Under the pieces are notes generated by a model, which did no database searches, was not told the origin of the DNA, and worked only from the letters and a program-made list of their open reading frames with translations. A stretch of 49,701 bases of DNA from positions 102,319,771-102,369,471 of the forward strand of contig NC_068987.1 of the NCBI RefSeq assembly GCF_001194135.2, in the 5' to 3' direction. The DNA comes from Octopus bimaculoides. Its lineage: Eukaryota. Below are positions 1 through 11,339 of the stretch, piece after piece (the first letter of the stretch is position 1; every line of letters begins with the position of its first letter). The position numbers and the translations under genes are program-made.

Positions 1-35
<35 letters not shown>
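1..35. repeat. (AG)n microsatellite, running off the window start
   Basis: Direct reading of the sequence. Confidence 0.95.
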
Positions 36-39
<4 letters not shown>

Positions 40-769
40 TGAATATATTCATCATGTCATACTCTCATCTTATTTACTTTCCGAAGAGATTGTGTTTATT
101 ACATTAAATGGCAATAATTAAGTTTAGCCACGAGAGGGCGTTGAATCAGTGCTGCCTTAAAGCTCTCTGCTTACAGTATAAGTATTTCAAAATATGCTGC
201 TACTTTTGCCGCCAACCACTGGCATGCGGAAAATATCTTAGATGCTAATTAAGTAAACCAAATATAACACCACAAGCTATTCATCAGTATACTACCGTCA
301 AGCACATACGGGCACGATCAGACGCACACGCACAAAAACAGCGCTAACACACTCGCTCACTTTCATTTACTTCACGTCCACCTAATTCATCTTCTATACT
401 TACTTATTTCGGAATCAACCAAAAGACACATCTCTACTTCTGTCTGTGTAATACCAATACGATTATACATCCGCTGTGAATAGAGCAAACTAACTTCTAC
501 TTTGAATGGCATCGAAGGCATCTTGAAATAATACTGTGAAATGCACAGCAGAAGAAGAACAACATGTACAGCAATGGCAGCTCTAGCAATAGGAGAAATT
601 TCAAGAGCTAGCAACAGTTTACTGGTATGATTGACGTCACCAGCTCCATGGTGACCATTGAAGTAAACTCAAACTTTCAACGGCGGAGATACTTGTTAGT
701 TTTAATCTCGACAAAGCCGTCTCTTTTCCATCATGTATGTGTTGTTTCCAATCATCAACATCGTCGTCA

Positions 770-933
770 TCACGATCATGATCATGGTCATACGCATCAT
801 CATCATCATCATCATCATCATCATACACATCATCACCATCATCATCATCATCATCATCATCATACACATCATCATCATCATCATCATCATCATCATACAC
901 ATCATCACCATCATCATCATCATCATCATCATC
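770..933. repeat. (CAT)n microsatellite with ACA/CAC interruptions recurring at about 72-bp period
   Basis: Direct reading; it produces the poly-His/Asp/Met/Ile ORFs at 627-996. Confidence 0.9.
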
Positions 934-1012
934 CTTAACGGCAGAAGCAGCTGCAGCGTCCTCATAAACTCTATTATCACCATCATATTACATTAAAATA
1001 AGCATCACCATG

Positions 1013-1172
1013 AGGCGGAGGTGTGACTGTGTGGTAAGAAGCTTGTTTCTCAAGCAGACGGCTCCTGGTTCAGTCTCAGTGTGAGTCATATTAATCGCGT
1101 GTCTTCTGCTGTAGGCACGGGTTGACCAAATTGTTTGAATGGATTTGGTCGACGGAAGCTAGAACAAGTCTA
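1013..1172 (+). mobile_element. tRNA-derived SINE, family A (5' part), diverged
   Basis: GGCGGAGGTGTGACTGTGTGGTAAGAAGCTTG (A-box-like) ... GGTTCAGTCTC (B-box-like) ... GTGTCTTCTGCTGTAG ... GGATTTGGTCGACGGAAGCT. Homologous to copies at 34311 (+) and 16410-16745 (-). Confidence 0.75.
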
Positions 1173-1969
1173 CGCATGTTTACATATAAAAAAAGTTTCA
1201 CTTAACAAGAATATAAATGATATCAAGAATTATAAGGGTTGAAAAAACGTATTACAAAACTAACAGCTGTTTGTGGGGGTTCAGTAGTCCAAAATAATGT
1301 TTTAGATTGATTTCTTCGTCGGATGAGAGGGCTTCCGTCTTCAGAGAAAAGATCTTACAACCCTTTTAATTGTTGAAATCATTTCTATTCTGTGTAAGTT
1401 AGACCATTTTGTATGTAAACATACGTACATGTTATTTTTTATTTCGTGTATTTAATATAATTTGTATATTGACCTGCGAAACATGCTTATCCTTACACAC
1501 ACACACCCACATACACACATACACGCACACACACACATATATAAATAAATATATATATATATATATATATATAACAAACGAAAGGAAAAACGATTCCTTG
1601 AAACGGGTGTAAAACAGCCAATTCACTTGTACAGTAGTTGAATACTACAGAAATAGGGCTATAAATACAAAGTACAAATACTAAATTAAATAGAGAAATA
1701 CACTTGACAATTTTTTGAATTTTGTTATGTTATCCTATATTACATTACATTATATTTTAAAGTATATTGTATTAATGTTAATTCTCTAAATGAGGTATTA
1801 ACAGTAACTGCATGATAAAGTGAAGTATATTGCCACTTAAATGTGGCTGACCCATAGGGGTGGATGTTACTGTTGCTTTTAGCCCCAGGAGGACATCTCC
1901 TCCAGCTGGCTTATCGACACACTTCTGTGTCCTGTTTGTTTTGCCAAGGGAAGTTATCCCTCTCATCGT

Positions 1970-2038
1970 GATCTGTAGCAGGAACGGACCCGGATTTCAG
2001 GGTTATTTCCCTTCGTCAGCGTCCGATAGCCACCGATC
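1970..2038 (-). ncRNA. Type I hammerhead ribozyme (left copy)
   Basis: Minus strand: GATC-G-GTGGC-TAT-CGGACG CTGACGA AGGG-aaataa-CCCT GAA ATCCGGGT C CGTTCC-T-GCTAC-A-GATC. Full CUGANGA/GAAA core and GUC triplet; predicted cut after position 1987. Confidence 0.8.
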
Positions 2039-2163
2039 GTGCAGTTACTGTTAATACCTCATTTAGAGAATTAACATTGCTTGTTTTCACTTTTTCGATA
2101 TCAGTGAATAATTTCACTGGAAAAAGATACATAAGGTTGCCAAGAATTGTCTCTCTCATCGCA

Positions 2164-2232
2164 GATCGGTGGCTATCGGACGCTGACGAAGGGAAATAAC
2201 CCTGAAACCCGGGTCCGTTCGTGCTACAGATC
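2164..2232 (+). ncRNA. Type I hammerhead ribozyme (right copy)
   Basis: Helix I CGGACG (2177-2182) pairs with CGTTCG (2216-2221). Core CTGACGA 2183-2189; helix II AGGG/CCCT with loop AAATAA; GAA 2204-2206; palindromic helix III ACCCGGGT 2207-2214; C17 at 2215. Helix I extends past an internal loop (GTGGC/GCTAC, GATC/GATC). Confidence 0.88.
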
Positions 2233-2465
2233 ACGATGGGAGGGATAACTTCCCTTGGCAAAACAAACAGGACACAGAAGTGTGTCGATAAGCCAGCTGG
2301 AGGAGATGTCCTCTTGGGGCTAAAAGCAACAGTAACATCCACCCCTAGGGGTCAGCCACATTTAAGTCGCAATATACTTCACTTTATATTGTATTATATT
2401 ATAATATAACAAATTGTTTAAATTGTCAATTGTATTTCTCAATTGCATTTAATTTATTATTGGTA

Positions 2466-2561
2466 ATATATATATATATATATGTGTGTGTGTTTGTGTG
2501 TGTGTGTGCCTGTGCGTGCGTGTGTATATGTGTGTGTGTGTGCGTGCGTATGTGCGTGTGT

Positions 2562-2628
<67 letters not shown>
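2466..2628. repeat. Compound (TA)n/(TG)n microsatellite
   Basis: Direct reading. Confidence 0.95.
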
Positions 2629-2631
<3 letters not shown>

Positions 2632-3392
2632 AAGTAGTTCCATGAAACACATGATCTACGTGGGTAATACGAATTAGGATTTCATTCCTTATTCCTTGTC
2701 AAAGATGTTTGTTATGACATTGGAAATAGCAGTTTTAAAATGTCATCTTATTTGTTGTTAACATTATGGGCATTGCCATCTCTATCGCAAGGATACAGCA
2801 TGTCCATTGTATATTTTCGATACATTTTTCCAAAACCTCTCCGCACATTTATGAAAAACAGGAAATTGCTAACCTGCAAGGATTTCATGTTTAAGATTCA
2901 AGGCTTATGGTAAGAGTTCAAGATTTGCTTCCAAGATTAGGAAATACAGTTAAAGAAAAATTCCCAGAATTCCAAATAAATTAGAGGCATAAACAAAAAA
3001 GAAGAAAAAAAGCTTACATCGGAAGGGTGTCTATTGGGAGACATTGCCTCATAGCTTATATCGATACATCTTCAGTATATCAATATACAATATACTAATT
3101 AGATTGTGAAGGATGGAATTGAATTGTTTTATTTCCTTTCATATTTGGTTATTGCAAAGCGAATATTTCAAGAAGCAACGTAAGGATGCATCTGCTTTAA
3201 GAAATGAATTTATGCAGTCTTACGTTGATACTCATTCAACAAAATTCGCGGTTAACTATTTCTGTTATTTACCAAATAGCAATTTTTATTACTCTAGTGA
3301 TAAAAATAAGAACGGTTTATAAAACGAACAGGCACTTGAAAATCAAACATGATACTCTGCGTATATGTGTGTGCGTGTGCGTATATGCAGAT

Positions 3393-3427
<35 letters not shown>

Positions 3428-4268
3428 CTCAGTGCGTTCAAAAGGTATCGACTTTATTTTTGTGACTTCAAAACAAATATCGCGTTGGCAAATATCCTTT
3501 GCGTAGGAGACGACAGCAATCTTCTTGCACATACATGAAAATGTTTGCATTAGTAGGCAGCATTACTTCCCGGCCGTTACGATTTGAGTACAGATATATA
3601 GTGTGAGCTCATTGGATTTTCGTTTTCACTGACCGCATCGAGCAGAGATATTGCATTAGGTTTTTCTAAAAGTTTGGTGATACCTAAACTCAAGCTACCT
3701 TGAATATTCAACAAGCCTTGCATGATGATTAGGAGTGATACGACAGCTTTACAAATGGCCATACATCAGTAGAGAACGAAGCACGCTTATGTAACACATC
3801 TACAAACCAAAACGAGAAGCTATTTCAGAACGTTCGTGAGGTAACAATCCAGGAAATTGCTCTCGAAGTGGGAGCCAGCAGAAGATCAGTGCATTCGATT
3901 TTAGCGAAAAGTAACAGCAAAATTCGTCCCCAAGGGTGCTAGTGGAGCAACATAAAGAACTCTTCATGGAAAACTCTCAGAACATTCTGGACTTTACAAA
4001 CCACGAACCAGACTTCATAAAGAGCATCATTACTGAGGATGAGATATGGGTTTAACGCCTCTGCTTTATACGTTATCCTGAGTGAAATGAAAAGTTCGGC
4101 GAGCGTGCACTACACGTTTCTACTCGAGAACTGACTCAGTCTACTGGCAAGAAAATTTTCAAACATGTGTAGGAAGGGTGGCGTCACCTCCCACCCAATG
4201 GACTTTGCTCACGTGGCATTAGTTTTGGCGGGAGAAAATAAAGTTGGATAGTTTTTCAATGCACCTCC
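3428..4268 (+). mobile_element. Internally deleted, degenerate mariner transposon
   Basis: Degenerate TIRs (GTGCGTTCAAAAGGTATCGACTTTATTTT versus the reverse complement of AAAATAAAGTTGGATAGTTTTTCAATGCAC), with TA at 3426-27 and 4269-70. Frameshifted peptides: TDRIEQRYCIRF, GHTSVENEAR, VTIQEIALEVG, AKFVPRVL (WVPxxL-like) and SIITEDEIWV (first catalytic Asp). Confidence 0.85.
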
Positions 4269-5399
4269 TACATATATATTACAATAATCAAATATATGCA
4301 TATTTGTAATTTAATACCGATTCGAAAAGTTTGCTAGTCAAATGTACATAAAAGTATGCAGTTTTGGCACCTTTTCAACGAGATGTCATAGAGAGTCATA
4401 AGAGAATCATATCCTGTATATAAAGAGGGAGTAAAATATGAGCATGTGTAGAAACAATTGTAGTATCAAGAACAGAAATACATACAGTTTAACTGTAAAA
4501 TTCTTTTTGAACATGTTTCAAGCACCGAGATTTCTTCTGAAAATAAAACATAAATCCAAGTTTCAAAAATGAGGAGTTATTGTAATTAAACATTTGAAAC
4601 ATCCTAATTTTCTTGAAAATATTTATTTTGTGCAGCATGTTCAGCAGTGTATTAGATAAGAAGATAAACTTAATTGTGTTTAGACTGAACAAACATGAAA
4701 TTAAAATCAAGTTAAGTATATCGATATATTTATATATATATGAATAACATTATATATAAATATCCAATATTTTCCATGGAAGTGAACGTGTGGTTGGTAG
4801 ATATGTGTTCATATAAGTATCTCTATAAAAATACCCCAAGAGCGCAAAGAAACAGCAGCCCATAATAAAATTTTACTGTTCCTATTCAGGATGGTGTCAA
4901 ATCAACAGCTATTCTGTAAGAGCCGAACATCAAAAGCGAAATACATTCAATTTGCCTGTAAAATACTTCAAAAAGAAATCTCTTATAGGAAAACACATTA
5001 TGTTAATAATAGTATTAAATATATCACAAGGAAAATATTTCTATTGCGCAAAGTATTTGTCAAAAGGGTCTAAACAATTTTAACATATTCAGGTTTGGAG
5101 AATATATACAGATGCAAGCGCGCATGTGTGTGCGGGGGGTGCCTTTGCTCGCGTGTACATGTATCGTACACACACACAAACACACATATGTATATATATG
5201 TAGAGAGAGAGAGAGAGACATAGAGAGAGAGAGACAGAGAGAGACAGAGAGAGACAGAGAGAGAGACAGAGAGACATAGAGACAGAGAGAGAAAGAAAGA
5301 CAATGTGTATATGTAGCTATATATGTATGTATAAGTATTGTGAAAGTTCATACTTCAATATCTTTGAATATTTCATACTTAGAAGCCATTCATCAGGAA

Positions 5400-6050
5400 C
5401 CAACAGTAAAAAGGTGTCGATCTCTGACTTCCCTATGCTGTAGTTTGCATGTAGGCTAACTTTGCGTCGTTATAATAGCCAATTGACTGCGAAAATTTCT
5501 GATCTGTAATGTATTCGGAACCGTACTTGTTGAATAGCTTTTACTATTCTCCAGTTCTCAAGATTCCTTACTCTACTTTCAATTGTTGTCATGCCTGTAG
5601 CATTTACGTAGGCATTCTTTGAAGGTTTATGCAGTAGCATAGACGTTTTCCGTAACTCTAATGAGAACGTTGGTACTTCCAAAGCAGAATTCATTACTAT
5701 ATCTGCTACATATGATTTTATATACCATGTAGGAACGTAGACATATATTTTCCTGATTCATCAGACCGTTAGGCAATGAACCTATGTTAGTACCCTGTCC
5801 ACGAATAGTCCGGACTGTGTCAGTCGTACATTTATCCCTGTTTACGGATTGTATTGTGGAATGTAATTGTTAATTTTTCATTAAAATGTGTCAGATTTAA
5901 AAACGTAATGTCATACTGAATGTTTGAAATGTGTTAGATGTGTGAGTTTCTTTGGTCTTTTGGTTTTGCTAAATAGGTCTTTTGATGTCCTGGATTTTAA
6001 GGAAAGGATGTGGATAGCAATTTTCCATCAGGACATTTGAAAGTTTTATA
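5400..6050 (-). mobile_element. Degenerate Penelope-like element fragment (RT thumb to GIY-YIG)
   Basis: Minus-strand peptides LMENCYPHPF (LxxNxYP thumb motif) and YMVYKIICSRYSNEFCFGSTNVLIRV (GIY-YIG-like); many stops. Confidence 0.45.
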
Positions 6051-6150
6051 GTGTACGTTTTATTACTTCCTCACTGTATTTTTTATGACCTTGTGGATTT
6101 TATTTCTTTTGTCTGCGTATGTATACGACTGTATATGCGCAAATTTATAA

Positions 6151-6219
<69 letters not shown>

Positions 6220-6699
6220 TGCATAATATACTACAGCACGTTATATATCTACCAAACGGTAGTAAGCCTGGACTAGTAAACCCAAAGCTATACAATTAGA
6301 AAGTTTGATCGAAGTTATCCAAATTTACCCTGCAGTATGATCGAATTCAGAAGGGAGGTGTAACGAATACTATCTTAATTATGTAGCCTTTCTTTGTGAA
6401 TATGCATGTGAGGATATGTATGCATATTATTGTTGCATGTAAGTATGTATTGTGTATGTATGTATGCATTGTGCATGCATGTATGCATGTCATTATTCAG
6501 TTTCATTTCAAGATTTCTTGAAAACAGAGAAAGAGTTGTTTTCTAACCTAGATCCAAGGTTCCTTCATTGGAATTCCAACCTGTTCAATAACAGGGTATT
6601 TTTGTTTGTATGTAGGTATATGTGCAGATTTGTATGTTTTGCTTTATGTATGTATTTTCATGCATATAGTTGCCTATCTAAACATGCTTATATAAATTT

Positions 6700-7095
6700 T
6701 AATGAAAAGGCTTCTGGAATGTTTTTCAGATTTTTACAGTTCCAGGAATGGTTTGGACCAGTAGTCTTGGAATTAGCTTTCTTCTTTCTGGATTTGAGAA
6801 TCTTGGTACTTCTCCATGTAGGTATTTAGGCAGTGTGGTACATATCTCATGGCCCCACAAATTACAGGTATAAACCTGAACTTGAAAGCTGGATAGAGTA
6901 ACTGCAGATTTCTCAATAGTTCAGCTTAGGTATTCTCTTTTTCACTGACCTTTAGTTTTATGCTAACATTCGCTGCGCAGCTAATTTCCACAACTGTACA
7001 CAATTCCTCAACCCAAATCATTATATCAGGTCTGTTGTGCTTACATTTTATTGAGGTTTTCACTGGGACATCCCACCAGTAATCCCTTTTATTAT
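6700..7095 (-). mobile_element. R4/Dong-type non-LTR retrotransposon fragment (restriction-like endonuclease C-terminus)
   Basis: ORF 6926-7264(-) and its continuation: YWWDVPVKTSIKCKHNRPDIMIW...VVEISC...KENT*AELLRNLQLLYPAFKFRFIPVICGAM; PD-(D/E)xK-type motif. Confidence 0.8.
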
Positions 7096-7424
7096 AAACG
7101 CTATGGCTTCTACCATCCGGTGCGTTCTTATTTCGGTGCACATGGTGGAGACGTAACCCACTCCCGCTCACCTTATTCTTTAATACTTTTTTTTTTTTTA
7201 ACGGAAAACCACATTTTCGGCTATGGCGATTCCGATTCTGAAAAAAAAAAATGGCAAATATCACAACTTCAAAATTTCAGTAGCCATGTTCATTTCGTTT
7301 TGATTGTCATCATCAACTGAGTAATTAACATCATCACTTTTATCATTATTTTCATCAACATTAACTCTCCACTGGTTAATTTTTTGCAGTTATATCCCGG
7401 TACATTTTCACAAAAAAATACATA

Positions 7425-7542
7425 AATCATCAACATCATCATCAGCATTATCATCGTCGTCGTCGTCGTCGTCGTCATCATCATCATCATCAACATCATA
7501 TTCATCATTATCATATTCATCATCATCATCACCATCACCACC

Positions 7543-7574
<32 letters not shown>

Positions 7575-7660
7575 TATCATCATCTAACATCCATGTACAT
7601 CCATCCATCCATCCATCCATCCATCCATCCATACATCCATCCATACATACATACATACAT
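7425..7660. repeat. Compound microsatellite (CAT)n/(CGT)n/(CAC)n/(CCAT)n/(CATA)n
   Basis: Direct reading. Confidence 0.9.
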
Positions 7661-8837
7661 ACACAGACATCTGAAAGATAAACACAATCTTATTTCGAGT
7701 TATAAAATAATGACATTTAATGCATTTAAATATCGAAATATTTTTTTATAGTATGTAGCAAAGATCTGTGTGTCCTAAAAATAATAATACGGAACTCATT
7801 GCAGACAGTGCTCAGGTACACTACAACTCACCAGGAAGAGTAACCTAAAAGAGCTGAAGAGTACATAGAATACGAACAAGAAGAGAACAGGGGGAAAAGT
7901 ATGAAAAAAAAAAAAAACAGAACAAAAATAAAAAGAAGAAACGGGGGTTTTGGGAATCAGGTATACTTTTCGCGAATCTGAAAAAAGCATGGAAATTTTG
8001 AAGGATGTAGTGACTCGACAGCTAACTATCAGCTAAATTCTGAGCGTCAAAAAATGTTTCTGAATGTCATGGATGTTGTGTTGTTGTTTTTTTTTTATAT
8101 TTAGTAAGTATGTGAACGGGTGTTAGACGTATGGAATTTTAAAAAGTGCCCGAGTTGGTATAGTTGGACAGACGGTGGATAATCTTGTAGGGCTCTGCCA
8201 AGTCAGTTGCCGAACATTAGCAAGTTTGAAACACCGGCTAGTGGCAGAATAGATAAGAATTCCGTTGAGGCGATTATCACCACGTGATGAGTTCTAATGC
8301 AAAAATATATAATAGATGGAAAATGCGCACAGTTTACATGGTTTTACAATATTTTAAATGGTAGAATATTATTGCAATTTCGTGCTTTCTTAAAAATTTA
8401 TTAGTCCCCCTGCTTGTATGAGAGTTTTTACAAACATACACACATACATGCATACATGCATACATACATACATGCATACATACATACATACATACAAATG
8501 GTGTCATTATAGGTTTATTAATGATAGGTTTACACAATTGTTTTATTGATCAGTTGAGGAAAGTTGAACGACCTAAAATTAATGCTAATTTCGTTAGAGC
8601 CATTTCTGCTTATCATATGTAAACGCATATACATAATTACATACATACACTTGCTTATGGCTACATCTATATGCATGTGTTGTAGAATCCTTGATTTTTG
8701 TCACTTCAAGAGCATCATACTTGCAGTACGACCAAATTGCACCCAGGCGATAATTTTATATTTTCTCTCAGGAGAAAACATGAATTATATTTAACGTTTT
8801 TACATGCTTTGTTCTTTATATATATATATATATATAT

Positions 8838-8885
<48 letters not shown>

Positions 8886-9043
8886 NNNNNNNNNNNNNNN
8901 NNNNNNNNNNNNNNNNNNNNNNNNNNNNNNNNNNNNNNNNNNNNNNNNNNNNNNNNNNNNNNNNNNNNNNNNNNNNNNNNNNNNNNNNNNNNNNNNNNNN
9001 NNNNNNNNNNNNNNNNNNNNNNNNNNNNNNNNNNNNNNNNNNN

Positions 9044-9075
<32 letters not shown>

Positions 9076-9625
9076 ACAGGGCAATCTGAGTTATTCTTAA
9101 TTCATCGCTGTTGAAATTATACATATTATGAACATAAATGTGCTGTACGAACTTGGGGATTTGTCTATATATTCCATGTGCTGGAGTCGACTTTGGTGAC
9201 TGTTGAAGAAATAAACACGAGTGAAATAGAAACATATGTCCAAGGTTGTTCTCGTACCTCCTACACAATCAGATTGTCTTTTTGGTTTAATGGTGCGTTA
9301 GTTTCAGAGATTTTTTTCATACATGCGATTATCACAACATTTTATTCGAAGTTTTTCACCACTAACACTAGGTGGTTATATTAAATTCTCTTGATGATTA
9401 AAACTTTTCAATAAATAAAGAATTTATGTTCTGTGATATTTAATACACATTTATTCACCTTTTCCTCTTTGTTGATCGAACGCATACCACTGCTGATTCT
9501 GGGCTATTTCTCTCAGCTCATTTTCCTTTATAGATACATATTATACTAGCATACACCCAAACATTCAACCATTCATACATATATAGATATGTATGTGTAC
9601 GTTTGTGTGTATCAATACATAAACA

Positions 9626-9678
<53 letters not shown>

Positions 9679-11339
9679 TTATTTCTTTATTTCCTTCTAA
9701 AACCCATCCATTCGATTCGTAACAGGAAGTGCATACAATTGACATATGAGAAAACTGCAATGTTATTGAACATAGTATTGCAGGAGAGGATAAAAGAGCC
9801 ATGCCTTCCCTAATGCCCAAACGTTTGCATTTACTGCTGGAATTTGCTTTCATGTGCGAATTGAAAAATCATAGATGTCACATGTAGATAGCGAAGCTGG
9901 TCCATATGCTTCTATTGAGGAGTTGATAGACGCCGCACGCTTTTCTCTGGTTAGAATTTATAAATGTAAATATATGTGAATAAACATATACATATACATG
10001 CTTATACGTGCAGACATACATACGCAAATGCATACATATATATACATACACATACAGAACACATATATACGCAGTGAAACACAGACATATACATGTAAGT
10101 GTGAGCGTCCGTGCGTGTGTATCTGTGTGTGTGCATGCAATAATCTGCGTTTGTGCACGTATATACAATTTTGCGTTTGATGCCGCTTCATTTAATCTAC
10201 TTGGATTCATGAATTATGTTTCACATGTTGATATTAATTTTTGTTTACTCCACGTGCAGAATCTCAGACACACACATTGCAACGAACAAAAATCCGCAGC
10301 ACTCAAATGCATCAAGACACAAAATTACATATACATNNNNNNNNNNNNNNNNNNNNNNNNNNNNNNNNNNNNNNNNNNNNNNNNNNNNNNNNNNNNNNNN
10401 NNNNNNNNNNNNNNNNNNNNNNNNNNNNNNNNNNNNNNNNNNNNNNNNNNNNNNNNNNNNNNNNNNNNNNNNNNNNNNNNNNNNNNNNNNNNNNNNNNNN
10501 NNNNNNNNNNNNNNNNNNNNNNNNNNNNNNNNNNNNNNNNNNNNNNNNNNNNNNNNNNNNNNNNNNNNNNNNNNNNNNNNNNNNNNNNNNNNNNNNNNNN
10601 NNNNNNNNNNNNNNNNNNNNNNNNNNNNNNNNNNNNNNNNNNNNNNNNNNNNNNNNNNNNNNNNNNNNNNNNNNNNNNNNNNNNNNNNNNNNNNNNNNNN
10701 NNNNNNNNNNNNNNNNNNNNNNNNNNNNNNNNNNNNNNNNNNNNNNNNNNNNNNNNNNNNNNNNNNNNNNNNNNNNNNNNNNNNNNNNNNNNNNNNNNNN
10801 NNNNNNNNNNNNNNNNNNNNNNNNNNNNNNNNNNNNNNNNNNNNNNNNNNNNNNNNNNNNNNNNNNNNNNNNNNNNNNNNNNNNNNNNNNNNNNNNNNNN
10901 NNNNNNNNNNNNNNNNNNATATATATATATATATATATATACATTTATCTATGTATCTTTGTATATAACGTATGCAAAAAAATGTTATGCAATTTCTTAT
11001 ATTTCTAATGCAAATACTTCTGCAAGGGTTATGTAATATACCTTTTTTTATTAGCAACATCATATTTACTGTAAATAATTGATATGTATTGTATGAGTAC
11101 ATATCGGTCGTCTGCCAGAAGAAAAAAAAGGTATATAGGTTGGAAGCCTTGTGCTTATATTAGAAATTCCACCGTCGACATTACGATCATCACCATGGTT
11201 GTTTTCTTTATCATCGCTGTCATCTTTGTAGTCGTCGCTGTCCCTCACTTCCTCGTTTTCATCATCGTCATCATTTTTGAATGCTTTTCTTCTTTGCTTT
11301 TTCTGATATCCTTTTGCAACACCTGATTCACCTCTGTAT

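Larger units (their letters stand above)
1774..2387. mobile_element. Composite non-autonomous element: two head-to-head 224-bp hammerhead-bearing units plus a 39-bp perfect inverted repeat, flanked by ATTGTATT
   Basis: 1815-2038 is the reverse complement of 2164-2387 (6 mismatches by manual alignment). 1774-1812 is the exact reverse complement of 2040-2078. ATTGTATT occurs at 1766-1773 and 2388-2395, abutting both ends. Confidence 0.85.

Noticed and set aside
627-996. Poly-His, poly-Asp, poly-Met and poly-Ile ORFs
   Set aside because: They are translations of a (CAT)n microsatellite in several frames; no evidence of coding.
1774-2078. IR-unit-IR layout read as a CRISPR-like or classic MITE structure
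   Set aside because: The repeats are inverted and there are only two, so not CRISPR. A TSD is seen only around the larger 1774-2387 unit, so a simple MITE reading is disfavoured but not excluded.
1778-2409. Near-identical short ORFs on opposite strands (GITSLGKTNRTQKCVDKPAGG...)
   Set aside because: A by-product of the inverted 224-bp units; the conserved signal is RNA structure and no protein motif is recognisable.
5857-5866. TGGAATGTAA, the 5' end of miR-1
   Set aside because: The rest of the mature sequence does not match, there is no hairpin, and it lies in a Penelope-like relic.
7853-7885. CTGAAGA-gta...tac-GAAC hammerhead-like string
   Set aside because: A15.1 is replaced by C, and helices I and III do not form.
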